Positions 1-8,499 of a stretch of DNA of 64,000 nt are shown here, piece by piece; position 1 is the first letter of the stretch, and every line of letters starts with the position of its first letter. The position numbers were made by a program, and so were the translations under genes. The stretch covers positions 1,756 through 65,755 of the forward strand of contig CBDFFP010000008.1 of the NCBI GenBank assembly GCA_965246855.1, written 5' to 3'. This DNA comes from Chitinophagaceae bacterium. Lineage in GTDB: Bacteria > Bacteroidota > Bacteroidia > Chitinophagales > Chitinophagaceae. Under the pieces are notes generated by a model. That model saw nothing but the letters and a program-made list of their open reading frames with translations, had not been told where the DNA came from and searched no databases.

Positions 1-237
1 CCGGCCGGCGGCGGGAGGACAAGTGTAGACAAGAGGAGACGGATGCAGGCAGGTGTTGACACGGCGTGACGGTAGGCTACAAACAGCTACAGCAAGCGTT
101 TGTCGCTGAACCCCTCCCGACGAGGGGGCAGCAAATCCTACGGCCACCCTTTACGGGGTGGCCGTGGCGTTTTATGCCGTCCCGACTCCCTGGGGGCGCG
201 GTTCGCCCCAGCCGCTGACCCGGCGAACAAGTCTGAA

Positions 238-328
238 CGAGCCGTCCCCGTCAGGGGTCGGGATACCCCGGAGTCGAGTCGGGCGGAGTCTGCTCCGGGG
301 CATCCCGACCCCTGACGGGGACGGCTCG
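238..328. repeat. 91-nt near-perfect hairpin (27-bp perfect outer arms 238-264 / 302-328, plus inner arms ccccggag/ctccgggg)
   Basis: Arms read directly: cgagccgtccccgtcaggggtcgggat ... atcccgacccctgacggggacggctcg. Lies in the very GC-rich leader upstream of the ATG at 545. Confidence 0.85.
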
Positions 329-544
329 TCGGGAACCCCACGGACCGCGACTGTCAGGGGCCGGGTGACCCCGCCAGACGGAAGGCCGACACCCCGCGGG
401 CTGGTGTGCGGGTCTGACGCCCCGGCCGGCTGCTGTTCGCCCCGGCTGACACCCGCCGCCCGCTCTGCTAACATACTCCTTCGGTGTTCGCGCCCCTCCG
501 CGCCGTTGCGAGAGACCGCTTCTCCCCGCCCGAAAGCCCCCCCG

Positions 545-979
545 ATGACCCGGCGTTACGTCGACCAACTCCGCGACGGCGACACTCTGGACGACGTGTA
601 CCTCGCCACCGACAAGCAGTTGCGGGTCAACCGCAAGGGCGATTCGTTCGTCCAGGTCGATTTGCGCGACCGCACCGGTGGGTTGTCGGCGCGCATCTGG
701 AACGCCGGCGAACACCTGTTTAAGTCGTTCGACAACGGCGATTACGTCCACGTCGAGGGGAAAGTCCAGAACTTCCAGGGGGCACTCCAAGTCATCATGA
801 CCCACGTCGAGCGGGTCGAGGCCGAGAAGGTCGAGGCGGCGGACTTTCTGCCGCACACCGACCAGGACGTGCCGAAACTGCTCGACCGGCTGCGGACGTA
901 CTTACTCCGGCTGACCAACCCGCACCTGCGGGCGTTGGCCGAGGTGTTTTTGATGGACGACGCCTCTCGTGGACGATGA
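545..979 (+). CDS. OB-fold nucleic-acid-binding protein fragment: N-terminal part of a YhaM-like 3'-5' exoribonuclease/HD hydrolase, apparently 3'-truncated
   Basis: ATG at 545 gives MTRRYVDQLRDGDTLDDVYLATDKQLRVNRKGDSFVQVDLRDRTGGLSARIWN...GDYVHVEGKVQNFQGALQV, an OB-fold pattern. The frame ends ...FLMDDASRGR* where an HD domain would be expected. The 158 start in the ORF track adds an implausible Pro/Arg/Gly-rich leader. Confidence 0.55.
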   Translation: MTRRYVDQLRDGDTLDDVYLATDKQLRVNRKGDSFVQVDLRDRTGGLSARIWNAGEHLFKSFDNGDYVHVEGKVQNFQGALQVIMTHVERVEAEKVEAADFLPHTDQDVPKLLDRLRTYLLRLTNPHLRALAEVFLMDDASRGR

Positions 980-1920
980 ATGCCAAGCAGGACAGCCTTC
1001 TTATTCCGCACAACGGCCCGATGCCCATTATCATTCCCGATGCGGCGCACGTGATTGTGGGCGAGGTAACGGAGAAGAAACCGGAAGCCGAATGGATACG
1101 GCAGTTTGCGGTGGCGGGGGATTTTCTTTCCAAAACAAAAGCGTGGGAAGAAATACCTGCAACCACTTTTACGCAGCCGCTGTACGATGCCGCGATGGGG
1201 ATTTTACGGGGAAACCGCGCGCTGTTGAAAGTGGCGGTTTTGCAGGGATTGCCGGAACGAGGAGGCGCGTGGAAAAGTGCGGAACTGCGCGAGTTGTTGC
1301 GGTGGCTGGTGGGGAATGTAAAGGAAGAAATCCCGGTGCGGACGGCAGCGTTGCAGGTCTGTGGGAAATGGGATTCCGGCAAGGGAAACAGCGCGTTTTA
1401 TGCCTCGCTTCTGGGGGACAGTTCTTACTACGTGGCGGGCACGGCGCTGGGCCTTCTCTCCAAAACAGACAGCGCCGAAGCGTTGCGCGCGGCACGAAAA
1501 ATTCTGGACGAAAAAACGGCGCGCTCGCTGCTGCTTTCCAATGCCGCAGAGATTGTGGCGCAAACCGGAAAAGAGGAAGACCTCCTTCGCATTTCCGCCA
1601 ATGCCGAAGGCAAATGGGGAAGCGCCCGCCTGCCGCTCGTGGAGCCGGTGGTTTTGTTTTGGAAAGCCGATGGAACCAATGGCCGGGCCGCGCTGGCGCT
1701 GCTTCAGAAATGGCTTTTTGAGGAAGAAGCGGGCTTTATGAAGGAGCGGCATCTGGGGGAGTGGCAGGATATGGTGGTGCGGGCGCAGGAAGAAAGGGAA
1801 AATCCGTTTTGGCGGGCGAAACGGGAGGCTCTGCGGGCGTTTCTAAAGGAAGTTCAGGCGGCGGAAAAAGACGCGGCTACGGCAGAACGGATTGGGAAGA
1901 TGGCGGAGCGGGTGAAGTAG
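976..1920 (+). CDS. HEAT/ARM-like repeat protein resembling the C-terminal domain of M1-family aminopeptidases; probably a 5'-truncated gene fragment
   Basis: The translation is alpha-helical repeat-like (AAMGILRGNRALLKVAVLQGL..., VRTAALQVCGKW, YYVAGTALGLLSKTDSAEALRAARKIL). There is no catalytic N-domain, and the ORF starts exactly at the compositional junction. Confidence 0.45.
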   Translation: MNAKQDSLLIPHNGPMPIIIPDAAHVIVGEVTEKKPEAEWIRQFAVAGDFLSKTKAWEEIPATTFTQPLYDAAMGILRGNRALLKVAVLQGLPERGGAWKSAELRELLRWLVGNVKEEIPVRTAALQVCGKWDSGKGNSAFYASLLGDSSYYVAGTALGLLSKTDSAEALRAARKILDEKTARSLLLSNAAEIVAQTGKEEDLLRISANAEGKWGSARLPLVEPVVLFWKADGTNGRAALALLQKWLFEEEAGFMKERHLGEWQDMVVRAQEERENPFWRAKREALRAFLKEVQAAEKDAATAERIGKMAERVK

Positions 1921-2020
1921 GGGAGAAGTAGATTTTACGCAAGCGCAATGTTCTGTTTGTTATGCTATTACGACAACAAGACATTTTCTACATATTTTAG
2001 TGCGCTGTACCCTAATTATA

Positions 2021-2578
2021 CTACGAAAGTTGTAAACCTAAATCAGTTGGCAACCCATCAAGGCTTTTCAGGTTGTTGTCTTTCATATACTGAATTAAGC
2101 CTTCTTCGCCTTTCTTTTCGGCCCACTCAAAGTGAATGTCGCGCTCGCCGATGTAATCATAAAGCGGAACGCCAAAGCCGCAGGAGGTTTGAACCAAGTC
2201 AATCTCCGCAACGATTATCTGCCTTGTGCTGGGATAAATGGTAAATTCTTTTGCGTAAGATTCCCACGATTCGGAGCTTGGCAAAACGGTGGCTCCTTTT
2301 CCATAAAGCCGCAAAATATTGGGCTTTCCCACAAAAGAACAAAACATGAAATTTATGCGCCCGTTTTCCAGTGTGTGTGCAGAAGTTTCATTGCCGCTGC
2401 TTATCAAATCCATATAAGCCACTTTGTTGTCGTCCAGCACCCGAAAACAGTCTAAGCCTTTGGGCGAAAGATTGATTCTTCCCTCACTGCTCAGCGGCGC
2501 GGTGGCGACAAAAAAAAGATGCTGCTCGCTGATGAATTCTTTGTGTGCGGCGCTGATGGAATTGCTGAATTTGCCCAT
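2021..2578 (-). CDS. pyridoxamine 5'-phosphate oxidase family (FMN-binding split-barrel) protein
   Basis: 185 aa: HLFFVATAPLSSEGRINLSPKGLDCFRVLDDNKVAYMDLISSGNETSAHTLENGRINFMFCSF is typical of PNPOx-like proteins. Confidence 0.75.
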   Translation of the reverse strand: MGKFSNSISAAHKEFISEQHLFFVATAPLSSEGRINLSPKGLDCFRVLDDNKVAYMDLISSGNETSAHTLENGRINFMFCSFVGKPNILRLYGKGATVLPSSESWESYAKEFTIYPSTRQIIVAEIDLVQTSCGFGVPLYDYIGERDIHFEWAEKKGEEGLIQYMKDNNLKSLDGLPTDLGLQLS

Positions 2579-2697
2579 GAGGTTGAGGGGTGTTTTTTGC
2601 TAAAATTTGCGCGACAAAGATAAGCGCTTGCGCTAATAGGGAAGATTTGCATACCCAAATTTCTGTCCAATTTGCTTCCTGCTTATTTTTGCATCCT

Positions 2698-3183
2698 ATG
2701 AAAGGAAACATTTCCATCCCACCCGTTCCAGAATTCAGAGAGCACATTACCGCCGTCTTGATGATGCTGGATGGGTATTACAAAGCTGTAGAAGCAGAAG
2801 TGCTTCCGGCTACACCAAAATCGCAACGCGTTATAAACATCCTAAGCCCGGCAGATTTACAGGAGCTAAAAGACAAGTTTGACGCGGCCCCGCCCGATGA
2901 AAAAGTGCCGATGACAGCGGCCGAAGCCGTACGGCTTTCTGCCTGCTACCTGCTGTTAAGCCATTTGCTGATATCGGAAGAAGGCGAAAAGTTGTTTGCG
3001 CTGATGTATGCAATCGTACCCGACGATGGTAGTTTGGACAACCCGGGCTTCTATGATTTTCCCACAATACGAAACCGGATTCTGATTATCAACGACCACC
3101 TGATTATCAACAGTGAAGCGCAAATTAGTGACGCGGAAGGCTATGCAGAGATGAAGGCGCAAATAGCGGCCCTGATTGCGTAA
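2698..3183 (+). CDS. hypothetical protein (start chosen at the MKGNISIPP ATG)
   Basis: Long ORF with coding-like composition and no recognisable motif. Its TAA stop is followed by 75 more open codons in the same frame (see findings). Confidence 0.45.
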   Translation: MKGNISIPPVPEFREHITAVLMMLDGYYKAVEAEVLPATPKSQRVINILSPADLQELKDKFDAAPPDEKVPMTAAEAVRLSACYLLLSHLLISEEGEKLFALMYAIVPDDGSLDNPGFYDFPTIRNRILIINDHLIINSEAQISDAEGYAEMKAQIAALIA

Positions 3184-3432
3184 AGCAGACGCTTCCGGGA
3201 AAATCGCTTCTGCAAGTACGATACAAACTTAAAACTCATCTGCACCGTAGCAGGTAGCGAAGCCTATGTGGCCGCTTTGGTGGTAAAGAAGATAGCCGAT
3301 GCCGCCGCACTTGCAGGCATCAACGGCGCAGCGGAAATCAGCCGCAAGCTGGGCGAGCGTTTTGAAGGGCAAGGCGGCAGCGGTAATACCAATACCCCAA
3401 ACCCTTAATTGTTATTATTAATAAAAAGAAGT

Positions 3433-3467
3433 AAAAAAGGCCCTGCCATTGGTGGGGCCTTTTTTTG
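3433..3467 (+). terminator. rho-independent terminator
   Basis: aaaaaaggccc-tgccattggtg-gggcctttttttg: a GC stem flanked by an A-tract and a T-tract. Confidence 0.7.
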
Positions 3468-3539
3468 TGCGGCCATCCGGGTGCTACCCACTGCTGAAGA
3501 GAACCGGTTCGGCAAAAAGGGAAGCGCGCTCGGTTTATA

Positions 3540-3780
3540 GCCAAACCAGTTTGAATAGGAAGTGGGTCTGTTTACTGCGGAGGTAAACGGGTTTGGGTAA
3601 AAAGAGAGCCCGTTCGGTTGGCATCCAAACTTGTTTGGATATTAAGGGAGCCTGTTTGGGTAAAAAGCGAACGGGTTCGGCTGGCATCCAAACGGGTTTG
3701 GCTATGAAGTGGGAGGGGGTACTTGGGAAGTGGGCACCCCCACTTGTGGTGGGAACGACCCCACTTCAGAAGTGGGGGTA
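3540..3780. repeat. tandem array A: two clear 63-bp units (starting 3591 and 3654) plus degenerate flanks and aagtggg/ccccactt motifs
   Basis: gtttgggtaaaaagagagcccgttcggttggcatccaaac recurs as gtttgggtaaaaagcgaacgggttcggctggcatccaaac exactly 63 nt later. The hairpin ccccacttcagaagtgggg sits near 3760. Confidence 0.65.
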
Positions 3781-4068
3781 ATGGGAAAATGTAGTGTTAA
3801 AATAGGTGTGTTTGGAGGAAAAGTGGGAAATGATTATTTTTATAAGAGAAGGCTTGGAGGACTTTTGGGCTAACGCAGAGGGCTTTATGCAGGTTGAGAA
3901 TTAGCATTACGTCTGCCCGAGCCGCTGGTGATTGAAAATATTTTGATGAAGTTAAGTACTAATAATCAGCGATGTTTGTCCAGTCCGAACCAATGGAAGG
4001 TTTTGCAATTTGCTGAAGTTTAGTTTGTCAAGCCCAACTTGCATAAAACCCCATGTTAGCAGCAGGAT

Positions 4069-5001
4069 TTAATGTTCGTTTTTATAGAATTCGTCCATTT
4101 GCAACATCGCTAATCTTCTAGCTTCGTCAATGGAATACTTCCCTTTTAATCTTTTGCCCTCATCAACTATTCCAATTTTATTGGAAATAATTTTCGCTAT
4201 TTTAGAAGTACCTTCTTTTATATCAAGATATCCAATTGCAGACGATAGCCCGTCTACTTTAGAATTGTCAACTCTTACTGGCAAAACATAATATCTTCCC
4301 TTTTCAATCAATAACCTTTCTAATGCAGCCTGTCTTTCATGGATAGTCCATATTTTATTAATATAAGAATTTGAAATCAACATCACACAAAATTGAGACT
4401 TTGAGCTATAAATGTCGTATAAATGTGTAACAAGATTTTTACCTAATAGTTCAGACCTTTCAAAATTATCATAAAATACTCTCAGCTTATTTTTTATGAG
4501 AAATTTGGAAATATCTTCTGCATATAATCTATCCTCTCCGGCAAAAGATAATGCAACATCATACTCATATTGCCTTAACTGCCACTCTTCGCACAAGAGT
4601 AGAATTTGTTCAAATTCGAGTCCAACATCGTAGTTTACTTTATCTTTATCTAAAACCAAATAGTGCTTCAACTTTTCATCAATTTTATCTACAAATGCTT
4701 TTGCGTTATATGTATATATAACAATAATTGCTTTTGGAAAATGTGTTCTAAGTTTTGCAATTAGTTCATATAAGCTATTCATTGCCTCATCTCCATATCC
4801 GAGAATTGAGGGATCAAGAAATACTGTATTAATTCCATTTTTTTGAATCAGAGGTTGGATTTGATCCTCCTTGTGCGTAGAAATTACTCTATGAACTGTT
4901 GGAAACGCGTTTAAATGAGCATATAGAGAATTTACACCAGCAGTTCCATGATGATGCGTTCCAAAAATTAAAACGTTCAAATAAGGTCTAAACCGTTTCA
5001 T
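4069..5001 (-). CDS. TIR domain protein with an N-terminal receiver-like (Rossmannoid) domain
   Basis: The C-terminal half, YDVALSFAGEDRLYAEDISKFLIKNKLRVFYDNFERSELLGKNLVTHLYDIYSSKSQFCVMLISNSYINKIWTIHERQAALERL, matches the bacterial TIR pattern (SFAGEDR ... W..HE). The N-terminal half has alternating beta/alpha character (VLIFGT, TVFLDPS, IIVIYTY, YLVLDKD). The gene is conspicuously AT-rich. Confidence 0.85.
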   Translation of the reverse strand: MKRFRPYLNVLIFGTHHHGTAGVNSLYAHLNAFPTVHRVISTHKEDQIQPLIQKNGINTVFLDPSILGYGDEAMNSLYELIAKLRTHFPKAIIVIYTYNAKAFVDKIDEKLKHYLVLDKDKVNYDVGLEFEQILLLCEEWQLRQYEYDVALSFAGEDRLYAEDISKFLIKNKLRVFYDNFERSELLGKNLVTHLYDIYSSKSQFCVMLISNSYINKIWTIHERQAALERLLIEKGRYYVLPVRVDNSKVDGLSSAIGYLDIKEGTSKIAKIISNKIGIVDEGKRLKGKYSIDEARRLAMLQMDEFYKNEH

Positions 5002-5326
5002 ATTTAGATATTTGTAATAATGTTTCTAGTAATAATTATTTCCCATTTAAGTTAGGGGATTTCAAAGTAGATTTGTCTTGCTGCTAATATTCTGTTTGCC
5101 GCAATTGGAGTAGCGGCAATCCGTCCATAGTCCGCAACCGCGTTTCGGCAATCATCCCAATACGGGTGTATTGCCGCTATTGAAGGTTTTTTCAGGGTTG
5201 CGCATTGCAAAACGCGCCGCAAAATACGAGCGCTCTTCCATATTTCAAAACCCCGCCCAACTTCCCAACCATTTCTCCCGTCTTTTCCTAAACTTATACT
5301 TTCGCAGCCTTTTCAGCAAACGACCT

Positions 5327-6724
5327 ATGCGCCTTCTCTCCTTTCTCCTCTTCTTGACCGCCACTTCTGCAAGCGCCCAACGCTTCACCCTTACCAACTC
5401 CCTTCGCACGGGCGCTTATGGCGCAGCCGCCTGGGGCGACTATGATGGCGATGGCCGGAAAGACCTCGCCTATGGCGCGCAGACGGCGCAAGCCGGCCTG
5501 TCCGATTTCCTTCACATCTACCACAACACAACCGCCGGTATGGTGCTGCTTACGCCAGCATTGCCGTACATGTCTAACCCTTCCATGACGTGGGCCGACC
5601 TGAACAACGACGGCAAAGACGAGTTGATTATCACCGGTATGGGAAGCACGGGCGGAGGCGCAACAACGGTTTATACCTACGATGGCGTAGGCGCGCTGGT
5701 GGAGATGACCAGCGTGCAGATTCCCGGCTTTTCCGCAGGCAGCGTAGCGGCAGTCGACTACAACAACGACGGCTGGAAAGACATCGCGATGATGGGCTTC
5801 GATAGCAGCAGCCAAGTCAATGCTCTTATCCTCAAAGGCGGCGCGGGCCTTTCCTTTACGCCCATTCGCACCCCCGTCGTTGGCGCGCACTTCGGCGAGA
5901 TGAAATGGGGCGATTTCAACAACGATGGCCTCGCCGATTTGCTGGTAAATGGTTATGAAGCAAACACGCCGCTGTCGCGCACCCGGATTTACCAAAACAT
6001 GGGTGCTGATTCTTTCCAGATGCTGTCCACCACTTATCGCGGCTTGTCCGGCACGGTGGACTGGCTGGATTATGATGGCGATGGAAAACCCGACTTCCTC
6101 ACAACAGGTACGGATACTTCCGGCACAAATTCTCTTACGGATTTGTACCACAATGATGGCAATGGCATTTTCAGTCGTGTAACCACCAATCTGCCGGATT
6201 TTGGCGAGCCTTCGGCAGTAGCGATTGCAGATTTTAACCAGGATGGCAAGCCTGATGTTGCCCTTGGCGGCGGCACAGCGTTTAGCAACACCTATTCCGC
6301 CATTGCCTACGGAACCGGCACAGCAACTTTTCTGCTGGATACCATCTACCAGGGAGATGTTCAGAATTGCATTGCCGAAGCCGCCGACTTTGACGGAGAC
6401 AGCTACCCCGACCTGCTTTTTGGAAGCAATCTGCTGCGCAACCGGGGCAGCGCCGCAGCCGTGAAAAATATTTCTGCGCCTGTAGCCAATGCCTGTCTGT
6501 CGCCCAATCCGGTAGCGGAGGACGCAGTGCTTCAGTGGAAAAGTCCGGTAAGCGGAAAAGCAATGCTCACGCTGCACGACGCTACCGGCAGAATGATCTG
6601 GCAACGGCAGGTAAAAACAGAGGTTGGAGAAAATCAGCTTCCAGTTTCCTTTAAGGATGTAGCACCGGGAATCTACTTTTTACGCGTCGGCAACAGCGAG
6701 GCATTGCGGGTGGAAAAGCGTTAA
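5327..6724 (+). CDS. FG-GAP/VCBS repeat protein with a T9SS (Por) C-terminal sorting domain
   Basis: Signal peptide MRLLSFLLFLTATSASAQ. Repeated D.(D/N)GDG..D motifs (WGDYDGDGRKDL, DLNNDGKDEL, DYNNDGWKDI, DFNNDGLADL, DYDGDGKPDF, DFNQDGKPDV, DFDGDSYPDL). C-terminus: LSPNPVAEDAVLQW...GIYFLRVGNSEALRVEKR. Confidence 0.8.
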   Translation: MRLLSFLLFLTATSASAQRFTLTNSLRTGAYGAAAWGDYDGDGRKDLAYGAQTAQAGLSDFLHIYHNTTAGMVLLTPALPYMSNPSMTWADLNNDGKDELIITGMGSTGGGATTVYTYDGVGALVEMTSVQIPGFSAGSVAAVDYNNDGWKDIAMMGFDSSSQVNALILKGGAGLSFTPIRTPVVGAHFGEMKWGDFNNDGLADLLVNGYEANTPLSRTRIYQNMGADSFQMLSTTYRGLSGTVDWLDYDGDGKPDFLTTGTDTSGTNSLTDLYHNDGNGIFSRVTTNLPDFGEPSAVAIADFNQDGKPDVALGGGTAFSNTYSAIAYGTGTATFLLDTIYQGDVQNCIAEAADFDGDSYPDLLFGSNLLRNRGSAAAVKNISAPVANACLSPNPVAEDAVLQWKSPVSGKAMLTLHDATGRMIWQRQVKTEVGENQLPVSFKDVAPGIYFLRVGNSEALRVEKR

Positions 6725-6742
6725 AACGCTTACGGCAAAATG

Positions 6743-6784
6743 AAAAACACCCGTCAGGTTTCAGAAGCCTGACGGGTGTTTTTG
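6743..6784. terminator. bidirectional rho-independent terminator between convergent genes
   Basis: aaaaacacccgtcagg-tttcagaag-cctgacgggtgttttt. Confidence 0.75.
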
Positions 6785-6796
6785 TAGGAAAAGTCT

Positions 6797-7348
6797 TTAA
6801 AATTTCACTGGATTTTCCCGCAACAAGGGCTGCACCAAATCCTTGTCCGAAACAATTGCTTCCCGCACGTCCATCTTCCAATCAATGTTCAGCGCCGGGT
6901 CGTCGAAGCGGATGCCGCCTTCGCTCATTTTGTGATACACGTTGTCACATTTATACAGCACCGAAGCCGTTTCGGATAGCACCGTATAGCCATGCGCAAA
7001 GCCGCGCGGAACCAGAATTTGCAGCTTGTTTTCGGCACTTAGTTCTGCACCAAACCAGCGGCCATAAGTAGGGCTGCCGTCGCGCAAATCCACCACTACA
7101 TCCCAGACAACGCCTTCAAATACCCGGAGCAATTTAGCCTGTGCATACGGTGGCTTCTGGAAATGCAATCCACGCAAAACATTCCGCGCCGAGCGCGCTT
7201 CGTTGTCCTGAATAAACGGCGCAGTATGGCCGGTGGCCTCCTGAAAAACCTTCTCGTTGAAGCTCTCAAAAAAATAGCCCCGGTCGTCGTGAAAAACGCG
7301 CGGCTCCAAAAGCAGCAGTCCCTCTATGGGCGTTGGAATAACCTTCAT
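6797..7348 (-). CDS. rfbC: dTDP-4-dehydrorhamnose 3,5-epimerase
   Basis: MKVIPTPIEGLLLLEPRVFHDDRGYFFESFN...LRGLHFQKPPYAQAKLLRV...GVVWDVVVDLR is the canonical RmlC cupin signature. Confidence 0.9.
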   Translation of the reverse strand: MKVIPTPIEGLLLLEPRVFHDDRGYFFESFNEKVFQEATGHTAPFIQDNEARSARNVLRGLHFQKPPYAQAKLLRVFEGVVWDVVVDLRDGSPTYGRWFGAELSAENKLQILVPRGFAHGYTVLSETASVLYKCDNVYHKMSEGGIRFDDPALNIDWKMDVREAIVSDKDLVQPLLRENPVKF

Positions 7349-7356
7349 TTTCTTTC

Positions 7357-8499
7357 CTATTTCTGGGCCAGTTGCTGAATGGTTTCGTTTACGGCAGTAG
7401 CGATGTAATCCACTTCTTCCGCCGTCAATTCGCTGTGCATCGGCAGGGAAATCACGCAGGTGTTGAGGAAGTCGGTTACCGGAAGGTGTGCTGCGTCGCC
7501 CCCAAATTCCCGGAGCATATTCTGCTTATGGCAAGGCACGGGATAGTAAATCATGTTAGGAATGCCGCGTTCCGTCAACGCCGCTGAAACCGCATCTCTG
7601 TCTACGTCTACAAGCTTCAGGGTGTATTGGTGGAAAACATGTGTGGAGTAGGGGGCGCGAAACGGCGTTTCGATGTGCATGTTGGGTGCGAAAGCAGCGT
7701 CGTAGGCATCGGCGGCGCGACGACGGGCGTCGTTATATCCATCAAGCAAAGGCAACTTGATGCGCAGCACGGCAGCCTGTATGGAATCCAAGCGGCTGTT
7801 GCATCCCACCATCTCATGATAGTAGCGCACTTTTTGTCCGTGATTGGCAATCATGCGCAGCTTCTCCGCCAGCGCGTCGTTGTTGGTGAACATCGCGCCG
7901 CCGTCGCCATAGCAACCAAGGTTTTTGGACGGGAAAAAGGACGTGCAGCCAATGGTTCCCATCGCGCCGGTTCTCGCCTTGCGGCCATCCGGAAAGGTGT
8001 ATTCTGCGCCAATAGCCTGCGCGTTGTCTTCTATTACCGGAAGATTGTGTTCCGCAGCAAGCGCCAGCAAAGGCGCCATGTCCACGCTTTGGCCGTAGAG
8101 ATGCACCGGCATAATGGCTTTCGTGCGCGGCGTAATCGCCTTCCGGACGCTCTCTATGTCCATTGTAAAGGTCTTCTCATCCACTTCCACAAACACCGGC
8201 TTCAGGCGCAGCAGGGCCACTACTTCCACCGTGGCGATATAAGTAAAGGAAGGCGTAATCACCTCGTCGCCCGGTTGAAGGCCAAGGGCCATAAGCGCAA
8301 TCTGAAGCGCATCCGTTCCGTTGGCGCAGGGAATCACGTGCTTCACGCCGAGGTAGTCGGCCAGTTCCTTTCCAAAAACGCCCACGTCCGGCCCGTTGAT
8401 AAAAGCTGTGTTGTCTATCACGTTCTGGATGGCGGCGTCCACCTCTTCTTTGATGTGCAGGTATTGGCGACGGAGGTCCACCATCTGGAGTTTGTGCAT
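7357..8499 (-). CDS. DegT/DnrJ/EryC1/StrS family PLP-dependent sugar aminotransferase
   Basis: FINGPDVGVFGKELADYLGVKHVIPCANGTDALQIALMALGL and FFPSKNLGCYGDGGAM (catalytic Lys region). It lies 8 nt upstream of rfbC on the same strand. Confidence 0.9.
   Translation of the reverse strand: MHKLQMVDLRRQYLHIKEEVDAAIQNVIDNTAFINGPDVGVFGKELADYLGVKHVIPCANGTDALQIALMALGLQPGDEVITPSFTYIATVEVVALLRLKPVFVEVDEKTFTMDIESVRKAITPRTKAIMPVHLYGQSVDMAPLLALAAEHNLPVIEDNAQAIGAEYTFPDGRKARTGAMGTIGCTSFFPSKNLGCYGDGGAMFTNNDALAEKLRMIANHGQKVRYYHEMVGCNSRLDSIQAAVLRIKLPLLDGYNDARRRAADAYDAAFAPNMHIETPFRAPYSTHVFHQYTLKLVDVDRDAVSAALTERGIPNMIYYPVPCHKQNMLREFGGDAAHLPVTDFLNTCVISLPMHSELTAEEVDYIATAVNETIQQLAQK

Noticed and set aside
100-544. 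ORFs 100..315, 138..341, 172..474 and the first 129 codons of 158..979
   Set aside because: All lie in the very GC-rich, hairpin-rich leader. The translations are Pro/Arg/Gly-rich and mutually overlapping. The OB-fold domain starts cleanly at the ATG at 545.
3825-5045. 14-nt inverted match (gggaaatgattatt at 3825-3838 and aataattatttccc at 5032-5045) flanking the TIR gene, considered as terminal inverted repeats of a mobile cassette
   Set aside because: The match is 13 of 14 in very AT-rich DNA. My rough estimate is that such a match could arise by chance in flanks of this size. There is no transposase and no clear target-site duplication. It is kept only as a weak hint.
5294-6604. Long antisense ORFs opposite confident genes (5294..6604, 7627..8550, 14725..15582, 37063..38412, 41053..42258, 48604..49464, 58290..59315, 62498..63469 and others)
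   Set aside because: These are typical shadow ORFs of GC-biased coding regions. Their translations are Arg/Gly/Ala-rich with no motifs, while the opposite strand carries clear family signatures.
6797-8499. rfbC plus the DegT aminotransferase as a horizontally acquired O-antigen island
   Set aside because: Composition matches the surrounding genome, and only two sugar-modification genes are present, next to core waaA. There is nothing unusual that I can support.
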